From Octopus sinensis (taxonomy: Eukaryota): 64,000 bases of DNA. The DNA is taken from assembly GCF_006345805.1 (NCBI RefSeq), contig NC_042998.1:169570001-169634000 (forward strand), written 5' to 3'. Position 1 is the first letter of the stretch, and each line of letters starts with the position of its first letter. Below are positions 25,214 to 38,054 of this stretch, piece after piece. A model generated the notes under the pieces. That model did not search any database, had not been told where the DNA came from, and saw only the letters and a program-made list of their open reading frames with translations. The position numbers were made by a program, and so were the translations under genes.

Positions 25214-26076
25214 TCAGTATTCCGAGTATAATTAACTATTACCTGTAAAGTCATGGTTGTTATTGATGCTTAACCTCCATCAGGCAGTCCCAAAGGCATT
25301 CCAGTTGCGACCATCCCGTATTTTTTTAGAAGTATGATAGTACAAAGGTAAGGTTACAGCATCTAAGAAATCTTTTAAGAAAATAAAAGAGATTTTGGGT
25401 GATTTTTCTAGCAAATCGAGGGTTCGCATAGCGGTTTCCCGGTTGACTTGCAAAAAAGCTGTTACTTGATGGTAGTAAATGCTTTTCTATAAAACAAATA
25501 AAATCGGTGAAACGAAACAAAATTTAACTGCGGTCATCTTCATTGTGACTATTATTCATAATTGATATCCATTAAAGTTTCCAAATTAACATTCTGAAAA
25601 ATATGTCATTTCTCATGACAATAATATTAAATGAAATCAAATCGCTTCTGCCTAAAATGGAAACGACTGAAATTTTGAATTAACTTCACTGAGGGAGTCT
25701 AGGAAAATAGAGCTATGTTCAAAATTATCCACCTTACTTACAAAGATCAGATTAAAATAAAAATCAATCATTGAGCTGTTTTCTTCTCCTCACTTCATAA
25801 GTATTATTGTTTTCCTATAACAACTTGACTACGTAACATTGAGTCAGTCGCCAGATCATTTCGGTTTGAACTAGCTCTTCCATGTTTATCAAAAATTTCT
25901 ACACAAGAATTCTGAATTTGGAATTTCTGTTGTGTTTCTGTGGCGTTAAGTGGGTGAGATACCTCTTACTCTGGATAGGAAACCGTCTATCATCAGCAGG
26001 GTTTACCACCCGAAGAAATTGAACTTTCTCATAGCAAGCTGATGACGTTTGTTCGGTACACAGTCATTTATTGCCA

Positions 26077-26429
26077 TCTCTCTCTATATAAACGGCAAAA
26101 TGTCTGTGTGTGTGTCCTTTATACAAATCCACAATTTTTCAGTTAGAGGGCTCGCACTTTCTATGGACATTCAAAACCGTCCAAAGGTGGTCGCGCACAT
26201 CTTTACATTTCCCCAGTCACTCCGCAAAGCCATTAAAAAATCAATAGAAGTGAATTTTCTATCCAAAACCCAATCAAAATGCCCGAAACTTGATACGCCA
26301 ATTGAATGCCAGCTAGCTGTATGTGATTGGTCGGAGATTTGGACAGTACTCGCGTGTATGTACGCACGCACGCAGCTGTATATGCATGCACTAGCACTAT
26401 GACCCGGCAACGCCGGGTCATAGTGCTAG
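26077..26429 (+). mobile_element. Non-autonomous Helitron
   Basis: A | TCTCTCTCTATATAAACGG ... gacccggcaacgccgggtc atagtgCTAG | T: 5' TC, subterminal hairpin, 3' CTAG, inserted in an AT dinucleotide. Confidence 0.85.
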
Positions 26430-26904
26430 TGATTAAATATTTAACATTGTACACTCACTGAAAGGTATCTAGAAAGTTTCATTTAAAAATATACATTTTT
26501 CTGCAAGTTATGAGGAAACAAATTCAGTGTGGCGGGACACATTTGTATCGGTATGCCAACTGGACTTACGCCTGGGTGATTCTACACAGTTTGTAAATTC
26601 GTGTAGGATTGAGGAAGAACCATTGCTAAAAAAGTAGAAGAATCAGCTAAATCCTTTGCCAAATTTAATCCTGTTATCTCTGAAATGTAGGAATATACTG
26701 AATAATTGAGTTTTGGATTTAATGTGACAGAGAAGAAATGCGTTAGAACTCCGGTCAGACGATAAATATTTTCCACTGGAATTCACAGCAGTTGAAATCC
26801 GGAGGTATGGATCTGTGTGGATTGCACCCAGCTGTTCGATCAATTATCTAAGTACGATAAAAAAAAAATGTTCCATCAGGGTTTAGTTGGGTCTACACAA
26901 CAAT

Positions 26905-27095
26905 AATGGTTTCAAATTTCGAGGAAGGGGATAAGTCGATTACATTGACCTCAGTGCTCAGCTGGTACTTATTTTATCGACCCCGAAAGGATGAAAGGCA
27001 ATGGTGACCTTGGCGGAATTTAAACGGCGAACGTAAAACCAGAAGAAATAATGCTAAGCATTTTCCCTGGCGCGCTAATGATTCTGCCAACCTTA
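26905..27095 (-). mobile_element. SINE family A
   Basis: tcgaccccgaaaggatgaaaggc..ggcggaattt..gctaagcattt..ggcgcgctaatgattctgcc. Confidence 0.85.
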
Positions 27096-29868
27096 TTACA
27101 CAACGATAATAACGATAAAAACCTGATTTATGATCACAGGGGCTATGAAGGATTTTCAGTGGTGTACTGTTCCTAAGTCGTGATAATTTTTTTTTTTTTG
27201 TGGTGTGTGTTTCATGGATATATGTAACTGCTGTTATCACATTGCAGGATGTTCGTTTTTCGAGGTTACTGATCATAGGAAGTAAGTCTGAACTGAGGCG
27301 TGTATGGTTGTGTGTAGACGAATCATTTCTACAAATGATTTAGGAAGAATGAAATATAACTTGGTATTGTTATAGCTTCAAGAATATAGAGTAGGTAACC
27401 TTGTATATATATAGTGTAGTAAACCTTGTAAATAGAGAAATTCTGACTGAAAATAAAGCCAGAAAAAAAAAACTGGATAAATAAAAAAAATATAGACAGG
27501 TAACTGAAAGAATTATTAAATTTCTTCTAACATCTTGAAGTATTCTAAATTTTCACCTGATTATTTTTAAAACATACTTTGATGTAGGTGATGAAAATCG
27601 CATTCATATCTTTATATATATAAATATAAATTAATAATAAAGAAATTACAAGCATTTAAGTTATGTAATTTTAGCCAATCGCAAGCCTACGATCTAACAA
27701 CTCGAAATACTTGTGATTAAAAGAAATTTAACAAAATCCAATTGAAATAATATAAGCTTTTGAAGTTGATAGATAGATAGAGCGAGCGAGAGAGAGACAG
27801 ACAGATACAGAGACAGAGAGAGAGAGACAGAGAGAGTATACATAAATAGAGCAATTCGTATTCGTACCTGCAGTTATATTACTTGAAAAGAAGTTTAGCT
27901 CTGATAGTTTGATATTATCGTATAAAATACGAGCTTTATCTAACATAATCTACATTGATAGAAACTTAGTCTTTCATTTTCCAATTTAATAACTTAGTTT
28001 CAGTGAAGTTATCTAAGCACTTAATCAAGATCTAAAATGCCTCAGCTACGTAACTATTGTGAGGTACGTGAAAATATACAGCTATCTTTACCGGTAATAT
28101 TAATTCGCAAAAAAATATTTGATTTCATTCACGCCTATTTGTTGCTGTTAACAATGTAGGGATAATCGCAAAACGATTTCACAGAGATACTGGAATTGAC
28201 GATAAACATTTGTTTCAAGTTAGCACCTGTCAGATCTCACTTGTTAAAATCTTGTTCAGCCTACTCTCGGCTGATGGCAATACAATTAGAACCAGAACCT
28301 CGTTGCTAGTACTGCCCAGCCTGTAAATGCTAGTTTTTATTGTGATGCCACTGCTTTCTACGGTTAGAAGAGAATTGTGACATTCATGCATTTCCCTGTG
28401 TTACTAATAACCCTAAATAACTGCCTAGGAGTTTAAACCAGACCACAAACACAATCTAACGAAAACTTTTCTATTTAGAGACATTCACATCAAGTTGGTA
28501 ACAGTAACGTTAATGCGCAATACAATAGGGCAATAATTATTATACGGAGAATTTACAATGCCGTTTAGATTGGTTAATATTAAAAAGAAAAAATTCTGGT
28601 CAGTATAAACCTTTGCGGTATAGTCCATTTAAATCATTTGTTTAAAATTATTTGCAAGTAATTGTACGTGCAAATGTCAGTCAAACTCTGTTTTATCAAC
28701 AGTGTTTCTATGTTAATTAATTTCTTTCAAAAATACAATGGCTTAATTGGAGAGGAATGAACAGTGCCCACGATCTTTTGTTAGGCCTTTAAGACTGTCA
28801 GGGAGGGAGGACAGAAGGAACAGAAGAAATTATCAGATCGGAAATAAGGCACGAATGCTTGAAACAGTGAACTCCACTAAAGGCACCCAAGAATCAGGTA
28901 GTGTTGTCGAATCAATCGATGGATTAAATATAACATTCAAGAACAGCACTCTCCCCGACGAACTTTATAGTTTTCGTCCTCTAAATTTTACTCACAAGGC
29001 TTTGTTTGATTCGAGGCCATGTTTGAAGAAATCGAACTCGAAATCACGTAATTGCGAAGCGAAATTTTTTTAACCACATAGCCATACCAATTAAACTTTG
29101 ACTGCACCCCTTCGATTGCAATTTGGTTTAGTTAATGAATATATTTTTCATCAGAAGAGCATAATTATATTGTTTCCTTGTTACTATGTTTAAACTCTCG
29201 TTGAAAATAGAATCTCTGGCATTTAAGATGTGTCCCCCCCCTTTTAATTGTTGACTATGATAAAATTAAACTAAGTCTGAACTCAATTATGAGTGATCAG
29301 CAATAGGGTTGTTTACGCTTTTAATCAATGAGAACTATCGCTGTTAACTGAAAATGTTCTTACTACCAAATAAAAGAAGATATTTTTTGTTTATGATGTT
29401 AGGTTAGAAGTTAGGTCGCCACAAACTCAGAGCGAAAAGAGTAATCTCGGCATTATTAATAAACAAATATATTCACCTCTGATATTCATTACTTTTTGCT
29501 TCTGTTTGTGAATTGAAATTTTACTTCAGATTTCTTATAAATATTACAAACATATGTGGAAGTGTATAATTTGAAACTGTTATTGAAGTCATCTAATTAA
29601 TATAACGTCAACTTAATTGAACACTAGTACTTCCTTGGCACTTATCTTACTGTATCTGGAGAAATGAAAAGCAAAATCAATTTCTGAAGATAACGGAAAT
29701 GGGATTTACATGCAGTTTCTGGTGGTGAAAATGTGAAAGTAAATTGTCCAAGAAATAATGAAAGTAATTTGCGACGGATGCGGAAAGTGATGACAGCGAC
29801 ATCCCACAATTTCATCCAAACTAATATATAGAACGTACATGTATTTTAATATAACATAAAAATCCACA

Positions 29869-30249
29869 TCTGTTATGTAAAATCCGTTCTGTCTGTGTGT
29901 GTGTGTCTTCTAGGATCTCGGGCATCCTTCATCCGATTGTGCTCAAATTTGATATGTAGATACCGACGGTATCAGGGCGTGTATAAGTCTGGAAAAAATT
30001 ACAAAAATCGATTGCAAGTGAGAATGCGATCGATAAAACCGTGGAAACGTGCATTTGTAAAATCGTTTTTCTTTGAATAGAAAAAAAGTATATCTTTATT
30101 TCTTCTTTTGCTGGTGTCTCAAATTTAGGTTAAATCAGTGTTTCTCAAAGGGGAAACCTATGGGACGGTCGGACAAGTTGTTTTGAGAAAATTTGGTTTA
30201 AATGTTTGACAACTCAGCACCATCCATTGGACGGGGGGCGTTTTGCTCG
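29869..30249 (+). mobile_element. Probable non-autonomous Helitron (second family, degenerate end)
   Basis: A | TCTGTTATGTAAAATCCGTTCTGTCTGTGTG..., ccgattgtgctcaaatttgatatg, an imperfect hairpin ccatccattggacgg, then CTCG | T in place of CTAG | T. Confidence 0.5.
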
Positions 30250-30859
30250 TTTTATATAAGATGAAAGCAGTTGCATTTCTCAGTGGTGTTCGTTGTTGAG
30301 TATAGTACATTGGAAGGGTGTACCTCGGCTGCTACTTCTGAAATAATTAGCATATTACTAGAAGATAGTATACATATGGACGTAGCATAATAAGTTCTTT
30401 ATATAAAATTTTGGAATGCTACTGTCGTCGCTTCCAGTTTCTATCTCAATTTACTTTCACTTTTGTAGGACTATTTACATACACTTTCTTTTACGAGTGT
30501 GAACTGCATGTCAGCCAAGGAAGGGCAACTAAATGCAACATTCTATCAACTTTTACCCCTTGTAGAGGTTTGAACTCAGAACATAAAGGATCTTATCTAC
30601 GACTTTTACAACCAAATCGCCTAGAAAATGATGTTGATTTCTAATATCGACACGAAACTACAACTTGCAGAGAGGGAGCTATTAATTATATCATCTCTCA
30701 GTACTTGATTGGTACTTAATTTACTTTACTGAATTTAAAGAAAAACAATGGAAAGCAGAATCTGAATAGTGCAGAGCATTTTATCTAACTCTCTACCGTT
30801 TCTACCAATCTTCTTGAATATTATAATAATGATATATCTGACATTGAAATAGGATCGGA

Positions 30860-31125
30860 AAGCCTTGTGAGTGAATTTAGCAGAAGGAGGCCCGTCGTAT
30901 TTATATTTGTGTGTGTATGTCTTTGTGTCTGTTTGTCCCTCCACTGACAACCGATTTTGGTGTGTTTACGTCCCCGTAACTTAGCGATTCGGCAAAAGAG
31001 ACCGATAGAATAAGTACTAGGCTTACAAAGAATAAGTCCTGGGGTCGATTTCTTCGGCTAAAACCCTTCAGTGCAGTGCTCCAGCGTGGCCGCAATCAAA
31101 TGACTGGAACGTAAAAGAATAAAGT
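30860..31125 (+). mobile_element. SINE family B, 3' part
   Basis: gccttgtgagtgaattt..ggtgtgtttacgtccccgtaacttagcg..tgactggaac. Confidence 0.85.
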
Positions 31126-31409
31126 AAAATTTTCGAGCATGTTCTATTCCATCTAAGCCTTTCTTACTCATTCATCCTTATTAAATGACTAAAGTGTTTA
31201 ATCCTACCCAAAATTAATTAATTCTTGCATTTTGTGTGTGTGTTTAGGTCTTTACATCACTGCTTTTTTCTAATCCTACTAAATCATTCCTCTTTATTCA
31301 GTTATCTTTTTAAATTGATATTTACATGATTAAAGTGTTTAATCCTTTAAATATTACTTTCAAAAAAATTGTATAAATAGGATTATAAGTCGGACTCTCT
31401 CTCTCTCTT

Positions 31410-31624
31410 TTGCTCTTTTACTTGTTTCAGTCATTTGACTGCGGCCATGCTGGAGCACCGCCTTTAGTCGAGCGAATCAACCCCGGGACTTATTCTTTGG
31501 AAGCCCAGTACTTATTCTATCGTTCTCTTTTGCCGAACCGCTAAGTGACGGGGACGTAAACACACCAGCATCGGTTGTCAAGCAATGCTAGGGGGACAAA
31601 CACAGACACACAAACACACACACG

Positions 31625-31664
<40 letters not shown>

Positions 31665-31830
31665 TACGACAGGCTTCTTTCAGTTTCCGTCTACCAAATC
31701 CACTCACAAGGCATTGGTCGGCCCGGGGCTATAGCAGAAGACACTTGCCCAAGATGCCACGCAGTGGGACTGAACCCGGAACCATGTGGTTGGTTAGCAA
31801 GCTACTTACCACACAGCCACTCCGGCGCCA
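31410..31830 (-). mobile_element. SINE family B, young copy
   Basis: Nearly identical to the reverse complement of 36242-36625. Confidence 0.9.
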
Positions 31831-32214
31831 TTTTGGCAGTATTATTTTTAATTTTGTCATAGTTACTGAATCTCTCTCTCGCATCTGTAACTATATATCC
31901 AATCTTTGTCTAATTGTTTCTTCATTAAGTGGGTATTGTGTGATTTGGGGGAGATTTGGCTGTTAATTCTATAGTCCTTGTGGAAGGGTCTCAGTACGCG
32001 CACCCATAAATACACACACACCTGACTGATTCATATCAAATTTTTGGTTATTAGCTACTTCGTTATTGGTTCCAATATAATTAATGTATATTAAAGTTTC
32101 TGTATTTAATAAATAATCATCAAAAGAATTTTTGGATATAACATACATAAAAAAGAACTGTCATGAAGCAACGCAATTTATAGCTTCAGTAATAAATGAT
32201 ATGAGAAAACTATG

Positions 32215-32580
32215 GAATGGAAGCACTCCGTCGGTTACGACGACGAGGGTTCCGGTTGATCCGAATCAACGGAACAGCCTGCTCGTGAAATTAACGTGTA
32301 AGTGGCTGAGCACTCCACAGACACGTGTACCCTTTACGGGGATATTCAGCGTGACATGGCCGGCCCTTTGAAATACAGGTACAACAGAAACAGGAAGAAA
32401 GAGTGAGAGAAAGTTGTGGTGAAAGAGTACAGCAGGGATCACCACCATCCGCTGCCGGAGCCGCGTGGAGGTTTAGGTGTTTTCGCTCAATAAACACTCA
32501 CAACGCCCGGTCTGGGAATCGAAACCGCGATCCTATGACCGCGAGTCCGCTGCCCTAACCACTGGGCCATTGCGCCTCCA
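32215..32580 (-). mobile_element. tRNA-derived SINE family C
   Basis: The - strand head ggaggcgcaatggcccagtggttagggcagcggactcgcggtc..gcggtttcgattcccagacc has A and B boxes; a second copy lies at 54468-54825. Confidence 0.9.
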
Positions 32581-32699
32581 CAGAAAGCTATGATGTAAAA
32601 CTTATAGTAGACCTGAAAGTTAAGATCATTGTAACAATCACTCTATAAAGATTGTTATAAGATAGCAATTATTAAAATCATGAGAAAGTGCTTCTCATA

Positions 32700-34950
32700 G
32701 AAAGGTTGTTTGGCAGAGCGACTGATGTGAAAAAAAGAAACAGCAAAAAACAAAAACAGTTTAGTTTGAGAGAGCCAAACGGTTAGAAGTTGAGGAACTC
32801 GGCAAGGCGACACGCTCAGCTTTAGCTTTAAGTCCCAGTGAGATACCTACATAGTTTACAAGCGTTGTCCATATCTTCTCAGCCATCTACGGAACTTAAA
32901 TGAAATATAGCGAAGGGGGTTAGTCACTGCCCAGTAGAAGTGCATTGAGCAAGTTTGGATCCCCAAAGAAGAAAATTCAAGGGACTTAACTCAGTTTCGG
33001 CTGCTGGGTGTCGAAAAGAAAGTGTTTTTCAGCATTATTTTCCGAAGACTGGCCTAGTTTTTTCCTCCACAAAGATAACTACATTAATCCATTATAGCAG
33101 AAGAGTGATATTCTTGACGTTATCGGATGCTTAAGAGCACGCTGATGAAGTTAGAAAGATAATCGAAGTTGCCCACGAGAATAGCAGCGGCCTAATCATT
33201 TTGTGATTAGATCTAGTTAATACCAATTTCTTTACTACCCACAAGGGGCTAAACACAGAGGGGACAAACAAGGACAGACAAACGGATTAAGTCGATTACA
33301 TCGACCCCAGTGCGTAACTTGTACTTAATTTATCGATCCCGAAAGGATGAAAGGCAAAGTCGACCTCGGCGGAATTTGAACTCAGAACGTAACGGCAGAC
33401 GAAATACTGCTAAGCATTTCTTCCGGCGTGCTAACGTTTCTGCCGGCTCGCCGCCTTTTAAAGATCTAGTTAATACCAACTGATCTTTACCGCGTAATCT
33501 GGTTGAGGAGGCACTACATCGCCACCATATTCCCAGTAAAATCAAGAGCTTGCCTGACCTTACAATCATTTGGGGTTGAGTGTAACTTTTAGATCAGAAT
33601 CTTTAGACTGGTGTCTGCTTGGAAATGAAATAATAACGGGTTGTACCGTATCTGTTACTCTTTTTGTCCCTTACTACGAACATGGTGGCCAATGTATCCT
33701 AAAGCGGAATACAGAGGTGCCCTTTTTCGAAATTCTTTTATGGCAACAAGTAAGAGCATTTATGGATGACCTTACTATTACGATAACTTTGATCCAAGAA
33801 AGTAGATGAATGTCTACAAGAGCTTGAGAAACTTATCACTTGTGCAAAGATGGGTTTCAATCTGATCAACTCGAGAGCATTGCTGCTACAGAATCAGAAA
33901 ACTGAGTAAATGGGACTATGGCACAAAGGTAGCAAGAAGCGTGAACGAGATTAGGGAGTATTTACCTGCAGAATGTATCCTGGTCAAACAATGTAGGCGG
34001 ACTTCCACCGCTGTTTACAGTGGCCTGCCAAACCCATCTAATTTTCATGTTGAGATCAAAATGAGACACTTTTTTTGTTTCCCCTCCCTCCACTCTACTC
34101 TTCATTGAGGATCCTTAGAACTTTCCAGTAGTTTCTCAGAGCCGTCAGAGAAGGTTACTTTCATTCGTGCCAAAATGTTTGCTAACCTCAAAATCACTGT
34201 CATTAGCTTGAGCAAACGCCCCCACGCCTCAAAGAAGTCACCGGTTTATGTCAAAACTGGAGAGAAACCTCGTCCACAGCTAAAAATAAACCGAACCTTA
34301 TTTTCACAGCGTTTGATTGACAACTACATGTCGATGAGGGCAAGTAGCTGAGTTTTCTGTAGTATATCATAGCTATGATTATCACTTCTGAGGCAAGAAA
34401 ACAACTGATCAGGCTGGCACTAACAGTGCCTCGGAAATAGCATATTGAAGAAGCCAAGGGGAATAAACGTACACGGTATCAGGGACTAGTGAAATGCAAT
34501 GACGGAGGCTGGAAGAACTATTATGAGCTCTCAGAGGTTGCCTGTAGAGTCATTACAGGGCACTAACTCTGAAAAGGGTGCTACTTTAGCGTGCAGTCTA
34601 CCGCTGTATCTATAGTCTACGTTGTGAAATGACCTGATCTGCTAAAGTGTAAATGGCCAAGCAGACCGCATGTAAAAACCCTGCAAAGTCCTCAACTAAA
34701 TGGGTATTACAACGGTAGCAAAGAAGAGTCTCATTATGTTTGAAAGCTAAAGCGCAGAAAAAACCACCAGGTGGTTTGGGATTGTGAGGGTTCATTGATC
34801 TGTTGGTAATTGCAGCCGGGATATAATTCGGAGCCTGATATAATTCTGTTAGGTTGCTGAAAGACCTTGTGACCTCAGGTCTCGACACTGATTATGTATT
34901 TTAGCGTATGATGTTGCATCTTTCACACAACTCATTGCTTTATCGTGACA
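32700..34950 (+). mobile_element. Decayed HERO-type (R2/NeSL-related) non-LTR retrotransposon with RT and restriction-like endonuclease
   Basis: Manual translation gives VWIPKEENSRDLTQFRLLGVEKKVFFSII, IL*LDLVNT, LVEEALHRHHIPSKI, EIITGCTVSVTLF, VRAFMDDLTIT (RT motif FMDD), LQELEKLITCAKMGF, VKTGEKPRP, MIITSEARKQLIRLALTVPRK*HIEEAKGNKRTRYQGLV and GWKNYYELSEVACRV (RLE), ending AEKTTRWF. The middle of the ORF has a large deletion. Confidence 0.85.
33227..33461 (-). mobile_element. Young SINE family A inserted into the HERO RT with an 18-bp TSD
   Basis: agatctagttaataccaa at 33209-33226 and 33462-33479. Confidence 0.95.
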
Positions 34951-35873
34951 CTATTGAGGGGGCTCATCTTCGTTCGCCGATTCAAATCATTACACTGAAA
35001 TGGCTTTCCATTACCCTTCTTTAGACAAACGGAAGGATTTGTCTTTGGCCATTGTAAGGCTTTTGTTTACACACAATACAACTCAATCTTTCTTTCCCAC
35101 TTTTTATTTTTCTTCCTTCAACAGACAAAATGAATCATGAACACAGTTATTGTTTTTTTTTTCCTTTAAAGAACTGATTTTAACCCATAATTATATATAT
35201 ATATATACTTTTGGTGTTTTACCTAAATATTGTTACACTTAGGTTACAATCTTCTTCAAAGGCATTGGCTTTGAAAACCTCTTCAGCTCTTCTTCTAAAA
35301 ATTGAATTGAAGTGTTTGTAAAAGCGGAATACTTCACATAACGAAGATTACAAAAAAATCTTGTTTGTTTTGGGCGATACTGACTTACAAAGAAATAAAG
35401 AACGCTGCATTTTTTTTGTATGATTTACTAAAGAAATTGTCCTTTTCACATCTACGTGGAGTTTTTAAATGTCAGTTTGACATTTATTATAAATAAAATC
35501 CTCCTAATATCATTTTAAATTCGCACAATAGAAATATGAAAGCATAATAGTTCTCGGTACAAATTTGCTGTTTAATTCATATGACTGGTTATGTCAGTAG
35601 TTTTGTCGGGTGTAGTCGAGAGATTGCGTGTTCATTATGGATGGAATATTTTGAATTTCACGCAAATATTTGTTTTCATGTAAACTTGTATGTACACGCG
35701 TGGCATGGATCTTTACGCATATTCACACAAACGTCCAAGCGCGCACAAACTTGAATACGTGCGCACTGAAAGAAAAACTACAAAAGAATTATTATTATTG
35801 ATATTATTAAATTGTGTGGCGTTCATGATGTTCTTAATAGGTGACGTTGGAACAAACTATTAAATATATATAC

Positions 35874-36025
35874 CAGACGTGAGCAACGTTTTTCGAGAAG
35901 CAGGCCGCATGAGACATGAATCATCAGGCGGGCCGCACGAGACATGAATCATCAAGTGGGCCACACGAAACATGGATTATCGTCTCGCAGGCCGCATAAG
36001 ACATGGTTCATCATCTGGCGAATCA
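35874..36025 (+). mobile_element. hAT/Charlie-like end with 4 copies of a 28-bp subterminal repeat
   Basis: cagacgtgagcaacgtttttcgagaagcaggccgc, then the unit gcaggccgcatgagacatgaatcatcag repeated from 35900 to about 36014. Confidence 0.65.
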
Positions 36026-36241
36026 CATTACTTCTCATGTGTCATGAACATAGCGTATAGAAAACAAATATACTTTAACAGTAATGATTCCGGATTAGTC
36101 TTTACCTAGTTAACGGAATCGATTATCTCATAACCTTGAAAATTAATTTTTCAGAAATGCAATAAAATTCAAATCTGAAGCAAATCATCGCAAAAAAAAA
36201 TGTTTTGAAATTATCTTTAAATTTTTAAATTTCTTACATAT

Positions 36242-36625
36242 AGGCGCAGGAGTGGCTGTGTGGTAAGTAGCTTGCTTACCAACCACATGGTTCCGGGTTC
36301 AGTCCCACTGCGTGGCATCTTGGGCAAGTGTCTTCTGCTATAGCCCCGGGCCGACCAATGCCTTGTGAGTGGATTTGGTAGACGGAAACTGAAAGAAGCC
36401 TGTCGTATATATGTGTGTGTGTGTGTGTGTGTGTTTGTCCTCCTAGCATTGCTTGACAACCGATGCTGGTGTGTTTACGTCCCCGTCACTTAGCGGTTCG
36501 GTAAAAGAGACCGATATAATAAGTACTGGGCTTATAAAGAATAAGTCCCGGGGTCGATTTGCTCGACTAAAGGCGGTGCTCCAACATGGCCACAGTCAAA
36601 TGACTGAAACAAGTAAAAGAGAGAG
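36242..36625 (+). mobile_element. SINE family B, young reference copy (tRNA head, CORE-like domain, microsatellite, tail)
   Basis: ggcgcaggagtggctgtgtggtaag..gggttcagtccc..ttgggcaagtgtcttc; the CCTTGGGCAAGT-like block resembles the CORE-SINE domain. Confidence 0.9.
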
Positions 36626-36669
36626 AGTATATATAAATTTTAAAAAAACAACAGAAAAAGACAAGAAGA

Positions 36670-36863
36670 AAACAACGTGAGGACGTACCATATGTAAAGT
36701 ATTAAGACGCTCAGAGAAAGGAAAGAGTGGTTGTTTTACGTTTCAAGCATAGCTCTTCTTCGGAAACAGGAAACATAGGAAAGTCCAAAGGAAAAGGAGA
36801 AAAAATCGCCAACAGTCCACGTGTATATATATATATATATTTATATATATACACGTGGACTGT
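36670..36863 (-). mobile_element. PLE pseudo-LTR (pLTR)-like element carrying a hammerhead, ending in a 52-nt terminal hairpin
   Basis: Related to the reverse complement of 38780-38880 (shared gaaacgt...ctgag(c/t)gtc tail); acagtccacgtg(TA)n..cacgtggactgt hairpin at 36812-36863. Confidence 0.65.
36733..36767 (-). ncRNA. Minimal type-I hammerhead fold (U4C variant)
   Basis: The - strand reads GTTT | CCGAAGA A | GAGC tat GCTT | GAAA C G T A | AAAC; all three stems can form and stem III is the palindromic ACGT. Confidence 0.65.
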
Positions 36864-36952
36864 ATGTGTGTATATATATATATATATATTGTATTGTTGT
36901 ATTTCGGGACGGTAATTCTTTTTTTTTTTTTTGCTAAATAAGCACACGCACT

Positions 36953-37143
36953 ATATATTCGTTCTTCACTCGTTTATTACCGTTCTTATTCTAACTTTAT
37001 TACTGTTCCTATTCTTGCTCTGTAAGAGCACACGAAGACGGAAAGTGTCGCTGAGGAGGTCACAGATGTGTGACGAAAGATTTCCGGATAATGGATATGA
37101 ATTAGAATAAGAATAGTAATAAACGAGTGAAAAACGAATATGT
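36953..37143. mobile_element. 191-bp element with 42-bp inverted arms (38/42 identity) flanking a hammerhead
   Basis: The arms are 36953-36994 and 37102-37143. Confidence 0.8.
37048..37087 (+). ncRNA. Minimal type-I hammerhead fold (canonical CUGAGGA)
   Basis: TCG | CTGAGGA G | GTCAC agatgt GTGAC | GAAA G AT T T C | CGG; stem II has 5 bp, stems I and III are short with G-U pairs. Confidence 0.6.
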
Positions 37144-37230
37144 TTATTTGCCAAAAAAAAAAAGACCTTCCCGAAATGCAACAATGTGTTTCAACATAGG
37201 GTTTCACATCTTGCAATACAAATTCATAAA

Positions 37231-37328
37231 CGCAGGAATGGCTGTGTGGTTCCAAGTTCAGTCCCACTGCGTGACACCTTGGGCAAGTGTCTTCTACTAT
37301 AGCCTGTCGTATATATGTGTATATATAA

Positions 37329-37362
<34 letters not shown>

Positions 37363-37575
37363 ATATGTTTGTGTGTCAGTGTTTGTCCCCCCCCCCACAT
37401 CGCTTGACAACCGATGCTGGTGTGTTCACGTCCCGTAACTTAGCGGCTCGGCAAAAAACATCGATAGAATACGTACTAGGCTTACAAAGAATAAGACTTA
37501 AGGTCCATTTGCTCGACTAAAGGCAGTGCTCCAGCATGGCCACAGTCAAATGACTGAAACAAATAAAGGAATAAA
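37231..37575 (+). mobile_element. SINE family B (internally deleted)
   Basis: Head, CORE-like block and tail are present. Confidence 0.85.
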
Positions 37576-37757
37576 AGAGTATATATAGAGAGTTCAGCAG
37601 AAGTAACGCCCTTTTTGCGTTTAATAACTTTTGTAGTATATAAATGTTTATTAAGTAATTTTATATTGAACAAAAATTTATTGCATTACTTAAAGAAACG
37701 AATAATAAACTAATGAAAAAAATCGCAGAAGTTTTAGGAAATTTACCTGGTGGTTAC

Positions 37758-37800
37758 CGCCCGTTGACGAGGGACAACAATCCCGAAACTAGTTCGAGCG
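37758..37800 (+). ncRNA. Minimal type-I hammerhead fold (C3U variant)
   Basis: CGCCCG | TTGACGA | GGGA caacaa TCCC | GAAA C TA G T T | CGAGCG; stem I pairs at 5/6, stem II has 4 bp and stem III is the palindromic ACTAGT. Confidence 0.7.
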
Positions 37801-38054
37801 TATCACTCAGGCTTGCGAGGAAGGGATGGCCTCCCTTTGCAAATACTCCAAGGACACTGATATTGTGTCTAAAGCCAGCTTGAGACGAAGATCTCTTGGG
37901 GCTATAAAGCTACAGTAACACCCCCTCCCCAATGTGGTTAGCCATGATAAGATGGCTTCTATACTTTATATTAAATATTGTTTCATCAAAACAACATGAT
38001 TTAATACATGATTCAAATGCAAAAGGGCGTTACTTCTGCCGCACCCTGTATATT

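Noticed and set aside
27248-27281. A 34-nt + strand exon (cattgcag| ... |gtaagt)
   Set aside because: Good splice-site strings are expected by chance in 64 kb, and there is no partner exon or recognisable peptide.
32505-32580. tRNA genes at SINE heads (also 23045-23112, 19810-19900 and 36242-36310)
   Set aside because: A and B boxes are present, but the cloverleaf is disrupted and each head continues into a multi-copy SINE body.
33145-33175. A hammerhead at CTGATGA-AGTTAGAAAGATAATC-GAAG
   Set aside because: It lies inside the HERO RT coding region and lacks GAAA and stems I and III, so it is a chance match.
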